Shown: positions 9,457-19,352, numbered from the stretch's first letter. The stretch is DNA of 19,352 bases from Octopus sinensis (GCF_006345805.1 NW_021824312.1:1-19352); one strand, 5' to 3'. Translations and numbers: made by a program. The notes: generated from the sequence alone by a model not told the origin.

Positions 9457-9674
9457 TGATGGTTTCAGATTTTGGCACAAGGCCAGCAATTTCGTGGAGA
9501 GTGTAAGTCGATGACATCGATCCCAATGTTTCATTGGCACTTAATTAATTGACCCCGAAAGGATGCAAAGCAAAGTCGACCCTGGCGGAATTTGAACTCA
9601 GAACGAAACAACTGGTGAAATTCTGCTAAAGCATTTTGCCCGACCATGCTAATGAATCTGCCAATTCACCACCT
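9457..9674 (-). mobile_element. Nin/Deu-domain SINE, tail variant
   Basis: Homologous to S2; tail resembles the 8545 copy. Confidence 0.85.
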
Positions 9675-9832
9675 TACTACTACTACTACTACTACTATTA
9701 CTACCACCACCACCACCACTACTACTACAACTACTACTATTACTACTACTACTACTACTACTACTATTACAACAACTACTACTACTACTACTACTATTAC
9801 TACTACAACTGCTACTATTACTACTACTACTG

Positions 9833-9899
<67 letters not shown>
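9675..9899. repeat. (ACT)n followed by (AAT)n microsatellite
   Basis: Directly visible; source of the poly-T/Y/S/V ORFs. Confidence 0.97.
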
Positions 9900-9901
<2 letters not shown>

Positions 9902-10241
9902 GGAGACCCCCTTCCGTCATGAAATACCATGGGATTGCCCCTAGAAAGTTACCCTCCGAGGCACAAGTCTGGGTAAGGTTGTTTATGGAGGGCCAGCAGT
10001 CGCGCACGCATACTGGCCTCCCCTCTCCATGCCACCAGTGTTACCCAAGGGAAAGGCAAAGGGGCCGATACAGCTTGGCACCTGTGACGTCGCAACTCAT
10101 TTCTACAGCTGAGTGAACTGGAGCAACGTGAAATGATGTGTCTCGCTCAAGAACACAACACGCAACAACCCGGTCCGGGAATCGAACTCACAACCTCACG
10201 ATTGTAAGATCGACACTCTAACCACTGAGCCATGCACCTTC
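9900..10241 (-). mobile_element. tRNA-derived SINE family S3 with Meta-domain-like core
   Basis: Minus strand: A-box tggctcagtgg, B-box gagttcgattccc, then gtgttcttgagc…gttgctccagttcactcagctgtagaaatgagt; (ATT)n tail. Confidence 0.85.
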
Positions 10242-10517
10242 ACAATAATGATAATAATAATGATAATAATATTCAGTCGTCAACATGTTTAGTAGATTGC
10301 GAATCTGATAAGATGCAAAACGTAGAATTTTTTCCGCATCATTATCAGGAAATATCAATTTACAGACTCTCTCAACTCTACAGAAGTAACAACAACAATA
10401 TTTACAACATCATTTATTGGGGGGGGGGACCACTAAAAGGAATGTGTGTGTGTGGGGGGGATTTATTTTTATATTTTGTGTTTTATTTGTTTCAGTGGTT
10501 GAACTTTTTTTCATTCA

Positions 10518-10916
10518 TTTACTCATTTACTTGTTTCAGTCATTTGACTGCAGCCATGCTGGAGCACCGCCTTTAGTCGAGCAAATTGACCCCGGACTTA
10601 TTCTTTGTAAGCCCAGTACTTATTCTATCGGTCTCTTTTTAGCGAACCGCTAAGTTACGGGAACGTAAACACACCAGCAACGGTTGTCAAGCAATGCTAG
10701 GGAGGCAAACACAGACACACAAACATACACACATATATATATATACATATATACGACGGGCTTCTTTCAGTTTCCGTCTACCAAATCCACTCACAAAGCT
10801 TTGGTCAACCCAAGGTTATAGTAGAAGACACTTGCCCAAGGTGCCATGCAGTGGCACTGAACCCGGAACCATGTGGTTGGTTAGCAAGCTACTTACCACA
10901 CAGTCACTCCTACGCC
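10518..10916 (-). mobile_element. S1 SINE, full length
   Basis: Reverse complement of 4141-4551. Confidence 0.9.
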
Positions 10917-10917
10917 C

Positions 10918-11120
10918 AACTGTGGTCATGTTGGGGCACTGCCTTGTGTGGTTTTACAGGTTTTACTCAAACTTATTTGTCTTTGAAGTCTTGTTCTGAT
11001 TCTGTCAGTTTCATTTTGCTGAACTGCTAAGTCATGGGGGATCTGATGAAACCAACACTGGGTGTCAAAGCATAGCGAGAGACACACAAACACAGTGACA
11101 CACAGACATAAATATATATA
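10918..11120 (-). mobile_element. Old S1-like SINE 3' half; its tail continues at ~10481-10505
   Basis: ctgtggtcatgttggggcactgcc…ttttgctgaactgctaagt is a diverged match to the S1 3' half. Confidence 0.65.
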
Positions 11121-11402
11121 ATGGTCAAGTGGTCAAGTGTGTGTGTTGCACTTATGATCAGGAAATCACAGTTTCGATTCCCAAGCCAGTTTCACATTGA
11201 GTTCTTGAGCAAAATACTTCATTTCTTGTTGCTCCAGTCAACTCAGCTGTAAACAGGTCACTCTGTAATGGACTCACCTTCCAATCAGACAGAATTTTGG
11301 CCTACCTGTCCAGCCAGTGGGCTGGAATCATTGAAAAGCTAAAACAATGTAAAGCACACTATGACCAGTGATGTATATAACAACATTCAATAGCCTGGTC
11401 AA
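11121..11402 (+). mobile_element. Old tRNA SINE with Meta-like core and S4-type tail
   Basis: gtttcgattccc B-box; gttcttgagcaa…gttgctccagtcaactcagctgtaaa; tail gctaaaacaatg…tgaccagtgatgt shared with 13452-13764. Confidence 0.7.
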
Positions 11403-11411
11403 TACTACAAG

Positions 11412-11445
<34 letters not shown>

Positions 11446-11446
11446 T

Positions 11447-11621
11447 CGTTAGCCACTACACACATTTTTTTTTCTCCTTGTTTTTTCTGTGTCTCTTTCT
11501 GTAGAAGAGCATAGGCTCGAAACGTAAAAAACTTTTTCTATTCCTGAGCGTTATACTAATACATCTGTTTGTTTTCTACACCACCTATCTTCGTCTTTTG
11601 TATTTTTCGTAAACTCTCCCT
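11447..11621 (+). mobile_element. Element B copy 3, slightly 5'-truncated, inside (TA)n
   Basis: Matches 2591-2776. Confidence 0.8.
11494..11531 (+). ncRNA. Minimal type I hammerhead ribozyme-like motif (A6U core variant)
   Basis: tcttt-CTGTAGA-A-GAGC-atag-GCTC-GAAACGT-A-aaaaa. Confidence 0.5.
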
Positions 11622-11721
11622 ATATATATATATATAATATGAGGGAATATTATTCCAAACTTACAGGGAAAAATTCAATTAAGAAATACTAAATCAAATT
11701 CCACAAAATATAATATATATA

Positions 11722-11985
11722 TATAAATTAGAAAAAGATCCCACCTTTTATCAATTCAATAATGAAAAATTAAATTATACCATTTAGAAAAATTACATCT
11801 TATAGAAAAATTAGATATAAGATAAGACATATAACAATGATTAAGTAATGTGCAAAATAGTAAATAAAATGTATATATTTGGTATATATTTAATCTTTCT
11901 ATAATATGTAATTTTTATAAATGGTATAATTTGATTTTTCATTAATGAATTGATAAAAGGTGGGTTTTTTTAAAATCTAATTTAT
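11722..11985. repeat. AT-rich inverted repeat, ~100-bp arms (11722-11819, 11885-11985)
   Basis: cccaccttttatcaattca…ataccattta…ttataga occurs on both strands. Confidence 0.88.
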
Positions 11986-12460
11986 TTATATATATAATAG
12001 AATTTGTTTTGGGGTTTGAAAATACTCCTGAATCTCAAAACGTGTTGTCATTTTAAAATGTTGTGATAGATTTATTGGAATACCAAACAAACATTGATAA
12101 TTTTCTTATTTATCAATAGTAAAAAATATATAAATAAGGGGTTTAGGAGAGTTTAAATTTTCAAGTGAAAATTCGGAGAAACATATTTAAAGAATTAGAT
12201 GTTCAAATGTTCATAAAAATTTCAATGAGTTTCATTGAGAAAGACATTAATATAAGTTTAAATGTTTCATTAAAATCATAACAAATATGCCTGATTCAAA
12301 GTTCGGTCATATTGAGTTTTTATTTTTTTTTAAATGGAGAAAGGTTTAAACGATGGAGAAAAACCAAAAAGATCTCATACAATTTCTGTCATAGTACATG
12401 AAGTTGGTCTTTGGTTCATAATTTTTTAAGCTGAAATTATTTAGTATAAATATATATATA

Positions 12461-12885
12461 TCATCATCATCATCATCATCATCATTTAGCATCCGCTTTC
12501 CATGCTAGCATGGGTTGGATGGTTCAACTGGGGTCTGGGAAGCCAGAAGGCTGCACCAGGCCCAGTCTGATCTGGCAATGTTTCTACAGCTGGATGCCCT
12601 TCCTAATGCCAACCACTCCGTGAGTGTAGTGGGTGCTTTTACGTGCCACCAGCATAGGTGCCAGACGAGGCTGGCAAACGGCCATGATCGGATGGTGCTT
12701 TTTACGTGCCACCGGCACGAGGGTCAAGCGAGGCTGGCAATGGCCACGATCGGATGGTGCTTTTTACGTGCCACCAGCACGAGGCCAGTTGGGGTGGCAC
12801 TGGCAATGGCCACGTTTGGATGGTTTTCTTACATACCACCAGCACTGGTATCACAGCTGCAATTTCCATTGATGTGATCGATTTC
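12461..12885 (-). mobile_element. Family F copy 3, four ~62-bp internal units
   Basis: (CAT)n at 12461-12485; ggtgctttt(t)acgtgccacc at 12632, 12694 and 12756, diverged unit at ~12822. Confidence 0.85.
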
Positions 12886-12903
12886 AATTTCTATATATAT
12901 ATA

Positions 12904-13401
12904 CCATAAATCCTTGTGTATAATCCGCATTTTTTCCCAAAATTTAAAGGTCAAAATCCCTAGTGCATACTATATACGAGGTTAAATATGAAAATTATTT
13001 TCTAAGCAATGTCCGAGTCTCTATATGCTGTCGGGCAATGTTTATTCAGACACATTTTGTGATGTCAGGCGTGAAAATACCTTAAGCTAAGCCTGAAAGC
13101 AATGAAGTCATAAAAGAATCATCCATTTATTAAAATAAAAGTATTCAGAACACAGAAACACATGTAACAAAAACAATTTGCAAACATTTACATTCCCATA
13201 TAACAGTTAAAAACATCACCATTATTGTATTATGCATGCGCGGAAGTGTTTGTTCGACTAGATGCTGCTGGCTTAATTACACACGATTCAAGTTAGAGAA
13301 GGGGTGTGTATTATACACAAGGTTTAGGTTTTTCAGATGTACAGCCCCCTAAAAATCCTGTGTATTATACTCAAGGGCAGACTATACTTGAAGATTTATG
13401 G
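12904..13401 (+). mobile_element. MITE of the Tc1/mariner superfamily (Tc2/pogo-like TIRs), ~500 bp
   Basis: TA|ccataaatccttgtgtataatccgc … gcagactatacttgaagatttatgg|TA: imperfect TIRs, TA target duplication, no transposase. Confidence 0.85.
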
Positions 13402-13451
<50 letters not shown>

Positions 13452-13452
13452 T

Positions 13453-13764
13453 GGAGGTGCAATGGCCCAGTGTTTAGGGCAGCGGACTCGCGGTCGGAGG
13501 ATCGCGGTTTCGATTCCCAGACTGGGCACTGTGAGTGTTTATTGAGTGAAAACACCTAAAAGCTCCACGAGGCTTTGGCAGGGGATCGTGGCGAACCCTG
13601 CTGTACTCTTTCGCCACAACTTTCTCTCACTCTTTCTTCTGTTGGCCTGCTTGCTTAGCCAGTGGGGTGGCGTCATTTGAAGGCTAAGACAATGCGAAAC
13701 GCATTGTGACCAGCGATGTGTAGCAACATCTGATAGTCTGGTAGGTCACGGTGATCACGGTGAT
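13453..13764 (+). mobile_element. tRNA-derived SINE family S4, full length, inside (TA)n
   Basis: A-box tggcccagtg, B-box ggtttcgattccc, (tcacggtga)2 tail. Confidence 0.85.
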
Positions 13765-14108
13765 ATATATATATACTAAATAATTTCGTTTTGGCCAAGT
13801 CTAGATTCTGGTTGGTTGACTTTCTGGTGATGACATTTGTTTGTGGAACACACGGCCACATTTCTGTCCAGTGCTCTGTGCTTTTGTTTGGTGATTCTCT
13901 GCTTATGCTGTTTTGTTGTAGTTAAAGAACTTTTTAACCCATTTTTAACTAATGGTCATCTAGCATTCGACTTGTATGGTTCCCTTAAGAAGCGACTACT
14001 TTATTTGTATTTTTTCCTGATGGCCCACTTTTGACCAGAAAAAATCTCATTGGTTTAGTCTGTGTTTGAGGTGTTAGGAGTACAGTAGTTTGGAGTTGGG
14101 GTTTCAAA

Positions 14109-14386
14109 GACCACGAATCTGCTGCTCTAACCTATTTCTTCACTACCCACAAGGGGCTAAACACAGAGGGGACAAACAAGGACAGACAAATGGATTAAGT
14201 CGATTACATCGACCCCAGTGCGTAACTGGTACTTATTTAATCGACCCTGAAAGGATGAAAGGCAAAGTCGACCTCGACGGAATGTGAACTCAGAACGTAG
14301 CGGCAGGCGAAATACTGCTAAGCATTTCGCCCGGTGTGCTAACGTTTCTCCCAGCTCGCTGCCTAACCACTAAGCCATGTACCTCC
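14109..14386 (-). mobile_element. S4-like SINE head fragment interrupted by an S2 SINE
   Basis: Removing the insert gives ggaggtacatggcttagtggttagagcagcagattcgtggtc, similar to 13453-13495. Confidence 0.65.
14133..14363 (-). mobile_element. S2 Nin/Deu SINE monomer, full length
   Basis: Matches the 5209-5436 unit; taacc duplication at 14128-14132 and 14364-14368. Confidence 0.9.
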
Positions 14387-14960
14387 ACAGCTTGGGTGGT
14401 TGCCCTTTTGACCAGTGGAGTTGTAATTTTGGCTGATAATTTGGTACTGGTAACATTTATAAAGATTTGGGTTGTCTTTTACTTTTAATAATCTCATGTG
14501 CTTTTTTTATTTGCAGGTCATTCAGGAGGGAGGGGCATATTCTGATTGGATGATGTTGTATGCTACCATGTTTCTTGGATTGTTTATTGATACATAAGAC
14601 AAGGTTTTAAGTGTATCAGGGTGTTTTGTTGCTTTTCTTAATTCTTGGATATTGTCTTTGCATGGTTCTATTCCATTTTTGATTAAACTAAGCAGGTATT
14701 TTCTTTCTTGTAATACATTTTAAAGTTCTTGGAATCATTTATTCCAAGTTTCAGGATTGCCTACAATTGTGCAAATTCTTATTCTCAAATTAAGAGGTAT
14801 ATTGATTTTGGTATGTGTTACATGTCAGGCAGAGAGTAGTAGATATTGTTTTGAGTGTGTTGGTTTAAAATAGATGTCGGTTTCAACGTTACTATCTCTT
14901 TTTACAATTAATATGTTAAAAAAGTGTAGCTATTTGTGACTATTCCATTGTAAATTGCAA
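14387..14960 (-). mobile_element. Decayed Penelope-like (Neptune-type) element: end of RT, thumb and linker
   Basis: Manual translation: LQFTME*…ILIVKRDSNVETDIYFKPTHSKQYLLLSA*HVTHTKINIPLNLRIRICTIV…ERKYLLSLIKNGIE…KTLSYVSINNPRN…IIKSKRQPKSL; stops and frameshifts present. Confidence 0.88.
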
Positions 14961-15367
14961 TTTGCAAACATATTTACATTCCCATATAACAGTTAAGAAC
15001 ATCACCATTATTGTATTACGCATGCACGGAAGTGTTTGTTCGACTAGGTGCTGCTGGTTTAATTACGCACAACTCAAGTTAGAGAAGGGGGTGCGTATTA
15101 TACACAAGGTTTATGTTTTGTTACATATTATTCTGTGTTCTGAATACTTCTATTTTAATAAATGTTGCTTACTGCAAGTTATGGATGATTCTTTTATGAC
15201 TTCATTGCTTTCAGGCTTAGCTGAATAAACATTGCTGGACAGCAAATAGAGACTCGGACATTGCTTAGAAAATATTTTTCATTTTTAACCTCGTATATAG
15301 TACGCACTAGGGATTTTGACCGTTAAATTTTGGGGGAAAAATGCGGATTATACTCGAGGATTTATGG
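14958..15367 (-). mobile_element. Second MITE copy, internally inverted and missing one TIR
   Basis: 15114-15367 is the reverse complement of 12904-13174; 14958-15113 is a direct match to ~13175-13326. Confidence 0.88.
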
Positions 15368-15370
15368 TAT

Positions 15371-15640
15371 ATATATTGATTAATTTTTCAAATTGTAAGA
15401 GTTGATCAAGGTTATGTGGCCACAGAATGAAACTATTGTCCAGGTAACATTTCGAGTAGGTGAAAAAGTATGTTTGAAAGTTGTTGTCATATTTCAGTTT
15501 GGTATGTTCGTATATTGGGATTCTTAAAATGACATAAGAAGGTTAGCAAAAGTAGGGGCTACCCTCATTCCTATTGAAGTACCAGATTCTTGTCTGTAGT
15601 TGTTTTTGCTAAAGTTAAAATAGTTATTTTGTAGGATGAC
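15371..15640 (-). mobile_element. Decayed Penelope-like RT core (motifs 4-5)
   Basis: VILQNNYFNFSKNNYRQESGTSIGMRVAPTFANLLMSF*E…/…YSKCYLDNSFILWPHNLDQLLQFEKLIN, matching QxxGTAMG…APxxANL and RYLDD (here YLDN at 15435-15446). Confidence 0.9.
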
Positions 15641-15641
15641 T

Positions 15642-15646
15642 ACACA

Positions 15647-15679
<33 letters not shown>

Positions 15680-15680
15680 G
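15642..15680. repeat. (CA)n microsatellite
   Basis: Directly visible. Confidence 0.95.
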
Positions 15681-15697
15681 TATGTATTTGTATATAT

Positions 15698-15860
15698 GAT
15701 AGGCTTCTTTCAGTTTCCATCTGCCAGATTTACTCACAAAACTTTGGTTGGCCTAGATGTAGGGTAGTAAATACATCATGTCCAAGGTATCACACAGTGG
15801 GACAGGACCCAGGCCCACAAGCCTGAGAAGGAAGCTTTTGGACCACATGGTCACATTTCT
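15698..15860 (-). mobile_element. Old S1-like SINE 5' half
   Basis: ggcttctttcagtttccatct…actcacaa…ccaaggt…cagtgggac is a diverged match to 10759-10916. Confidence 0.7.
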
Positions 15861-15898
15861 ATACAATGTTATAAATATGCAATCACTCATGTGAACCT

Positions 15899-16248
15899 CA
15901 TCATCACCATTACCATCATCATCATCACCATTACCATCATCATCATCACCATTACCATCATCATCATCACCATCCTCCTCCTCCTTCTCCTTTTCCTCCT
16001 CCTCATCATTATGAGCCAGCCTCCTTCTCTTCCTCCTCCTCAACATCATCATCATCAACAACATCATCATCAGTCTTCTCACCATCATCATCATATCAAT
16101 CATTGTTGTCCTCATCATCATAATCTTTGTCCTCATCATCATCATTGTAATTGTTGCCACCATCCTCTTCCTCCTATTCCACCTCCACCTGATCACCAAT
16201 ACCATCACCCTAGTCATCTTCATCATCATCATCATCATCATCATCATC
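15899..16248. repeat. (CAT)n/(CCT)n compound microsatellite with three 21-bp higher-order units
   Basis: catcatcatcatcaccattac repeated at ~15899-15960. Confidence 0.93.
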
Positions 16249-16377
16249 CGCATTTTCACGTTCCCTTTTTTTGCAAGCTTGCACAGGTGGGATGAAGTTA
16301 ATAGAAGCAGATTTTCTGCCCATATCAGTCAGAAGAACAACACCTGACTTTAATCCACTGAAGCAAAACTGGAGAGT

Positions 16378-16410
<33 letters not shown>

Positions 16411-16451
16411 GTGTGTGTGTGTATATATATGTGTGTATATATATATATATA

Positions 16452-16661
16452 TAAAAAAGGAATGAAGAAAATGCTGACAAATAATTGAAGTAATTTAAGT
16501 AATTTAATTAGGTGAAAGTTCTTTTTACCGGTTGCGCATTTGTTATGCTTATCAAAATAGATAAGCATAACAAATGCGCACCGGTAAAAAGAACTTTCAC
16601 CTAATTAAATTGCTTAAATTACTTCAATTATTTGTCAGCATTTTCTTCATTTCCTTTTTTA
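16452..16661. repeat. Near-perfect palindrome, ~101-bp arms, 6-nt loop (16554-16559)
   Basis: …gcatttgttatgcttatc-aaaata-gataagcataacaaatgc…; I count 1 mismatch and 2 single-base indels. Confidence 0.95.
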
Positions 16662-16697
16662 ATATCACCACTGTGTTCGACATCTCCTTTTTTTAAA

Positions 16698-16922
16698 TAT
16701 ATATATATATATATATATTTCGGAATGGTCAACTATCTATCTATCTATCTATTTATCTATATATATATATTATATATATATATATATATATAATAATATA
16801 TGTGTATATATATATATCTGTCTATCTATCTATCTATCTATTTATCTATATATATATATACATGTATGTATATATATGTGTGTGTATATATATATATATG
16901 TATATATATATATGTATATGTA
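16698..16922. repeat. (TA)/(TATC)/(TG) microsatellites
   Basis: Directly visible. Confidence 0.92.
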
Positions 16923-17388
16923 TTGTATTTGAAATTGAAGAATTGAAGAATTCAGTTAAAACTATTGCTTCGCCATTGGAATTTTTCACCTGCACGTGTT
17001 TCCTTGTAAAAAAATTTACCTGAGAATATGCCAGACTCTGTTGACATGCAGACAACGTGTCCTTACATATGCCACACAGGAGAAGGAAGAAACAGAGAGA
17101 GAGACTAAACATAACGTTTTCAGCTTTCAACTGTTTCGCAGCAGAATATATGTAATTCTATAATAAACCGTAAATAATTCATGTAGAACAGCTGAAGATT
17201 CTTGTGGAACATTCTACAGGAAGACCGGTTTCTCTTTTTTTTTTCCTTTGATATGGCGTCAATATTATTGATGGTAACAAAACACTATCAGAATTCTTGG
17301 AAAAGCGCAACATATATAAGGATATATATATGCATCTGTATATGTGTGTGTGTGTGCATGCATCTATATATGTATCTCTGTGTGTGTG

Positions 17389-17475
17389 TATATGTATATA
17401 TATGTGTATATATATTCATATGTATATATGTGAACTCATAATATAAAGGATCTCGCAAACCAAATCCCAAACGAA

Positions 17476-17517
<42 letters not shown>

Positions 17518-17662
17518 GTGTATGTGTATGTATATATATATATATATAATATATATATATATATGTATGTATATATATATATTTTGTTTTGGGATTTGTT
17601 TGCAAGATTCTTTAGAGTTCACATATATACATATGAATATATATACACATATATATACATAT
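17389..17662. repeat. Inverted duplication, arms ~17389-17480 and ~17577-17662, (TA)n spacer
   Basis: tgtgaactc…gcaaaccaaatcccaaacgaaat versus attttgttttgggatttgtttgcaag…gagttcaca. Confidence 0.85.
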
Positions 17663-17681
17663 ATATGTGTGTGTATGTATG

Positions 17682-17712
<31 letters not shown>

Positions 17713-17729
17713 TACTATATATACACTGT

Positions 17730-17962
17730 TTATTCTTTTACTTGTTTCAGTCATTTGACTTTGGCCATGCTGGAGCACCGCTTTTAGTCGACCAAATCGA
17801 CCCCAGGACTTATTCTTTGTAAGCCTAGTACTTATTCTATGGTCTCTTTTGCTGAACTGCTGAGTTATAGAGACGTAAACACACCACCATCGGTTGTCAA
17901 GTGATGTTGGGGGGACAAACACAGACACACAATTGTATACACACACATACACACACATACAA

Positions 17963-17995
<33 letters not shown>

Positions 17996-18169
17996 CACAT
18001 ATATACGACTGGCTTCTTTCAGTTTCCATCTACCATATCCACTCACAAGGCTGTGGTCTAGCCGAGACTATAGTAGAGGACATCTTGCCCAAGGTGCCAT
18101 GCAGTGGGACTGAACTCAGAACCATGTGGTTCGTTAGCAAGCTACTTACAACGCAGCCACTCCTATGCC
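17730..18169 (-). mobile_element. S1 SINE, full length
   Basis: Reverse complement of 4141-4551 with an expanded internal (CA)n. Confidence 0.9.
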
Positions 18170-18175
18170 TATAGG

Positions 18176-18200
18176 TACACACACACACACACACACACAT

Positions 18201-18233
<33 letters not shown>

Positions 18234-18294
18234 TATATATATATAGATATATATAAATATATATATATTATATATATATATATCAATATATATA

Positions 18295-18352
<58 letters not shown>

Positions 18353-18436
18353 GTACATGTCTGCACATATTTGCCGTGTGTCTATTCTATATATGTATAT
18401 ATTCATATACCACTATATATATATATTACATGTGTA

Positions 18437-18480
<44 letters not shown>

Positions 18481-18560
18481 TGTGTGTGTGTCTATGTATG
18501 TATGTAGTATGTATGTATGTATGTATGTATGTACGTACGTACGTATGTATGTATGTTCAT
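18176..18560. repeat. (CA)/(TA)/(TG)/(TATG) microsatellites
   Basis: Directly visible. Confidence 0.93.
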
Positions 18561-18736
18561 ATGAAAATGAAAAGAATCCCTTAAATAAAGTGATTAAAAC
18601 ACCTTGGAAATCTAGGGAATAGTGCCCTAACAGTAGAAGTATTTTCATCTAGAAATTATATATATATATATTATATCTATGTATCTATCTATCTATCTAT
18701 CTATATATTATATATATATATATATATATATCTATT

Positions 18737-18945
18737 ATACTCTTTACTCTTTTACTTGTTTCAGTCATGTCTGTGACCATGCTGGAGCACCGCCTTTAGT
18801 CGAACAAATCATCCCCTGGACTTATTCTTTGTAAGCCTAGTACTTATTCTATCGGCCTCTTTTGCCGAACCGCTAAGTTTATGGGGACGTAAACACACCA
18901 GCATCGGTTGTCAAGCGATGTTGGGAAGCAAACACAGACACATAA
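18737..18945 (-). mobile_element. S1 SINE 3' half, ending at its internal microsatellite
   Basis: Reverse complement of ~4330-4551. Confidence 0.88.
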
Positions 18946-19011
18946 ATACATACATACATATCTATATCTACCCATCCATCCATCTGTCTATCTATCTATC
19001 TATCTCTCTAC

Positions 19012-19077
<66 letters not shown>

Positions 19078-19080
19078 CTA
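18946..19080. repeat. (TATC)n microsatellite
   Basis: Directly visible. Confidence 0.95.
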
Positions 19081-19352
19081 TGAAATAAGACTATTTATCC
19101 AATTTTAAATACAGTCCTAATCTCACTTTGTTTTCTGACTTTTTAATCATCTCATAATAATGACTTTTATGACTCTTATTACTACCTCAGTCCATCTAAA
19201 TGTATATATTTGTTGTTACCTGTCATAAAAAGCCTTTTTTATTTGCAATGTGCATTTTCGTTGATTTTTCATAGTTTACCCTTACATTTCCACGTGTATT
19301 TTATATTTTCTTTTTGTAACATATTTCTACTATATATATCATCATCATATAT

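Noticed and set aside
9636-10116. Poly-Thr/Tyr/Ser/Val ORFs resembling a mucin
   Set aside because: (ACT)n/(AAT)n repeat read into an antisense SINE.
12000-12430. Possible decayed transposase
   Set aside because: AT-rich with no recognisable motif on inspection; needs BLASTx.
15753-16295. His-rich and acidic/Met-rich ORFs
   Set aside because: (CAT)n/(CCT)n microsatellite with no splice or domain support.

Overview
AT-rich eukaryotic DNA made mostly of repeats, intronic or intergenic, with no intact protein-coding gene. The SINE families are ones I recognise from octopus (coleoid cephalopod) genomes; that assignment is from memory, not a search. Nearly all ORFs in the supplied track are translated microsatellites. 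The window holds: a decayed Penelope-like (PLE) reverse transcriptase on the minus strand, split by a rearranged Tc2/pogo-type MITE; a probable PLE GIY-YIG C-terminal remnant; two tandem 3' ends of a CR1/L2-type LINE; about 16 tRNA-headed SINE copies or fragments from several families, including a 184-bp tandem trimer; a ~560-bp (AAT)n-embedded retroposon; three (GAT)n-tailed repeats; and many simple repeats. The most notable signal is a ~185-bp element, present three times next to (TA)n, that carries a minimal type I hammerhead ribozyme fold with a non-canonical core (CUGUAGA instead of CUGANGA). Weaker hammerhead-like motifs and several fold-back inverted duplications also occur.
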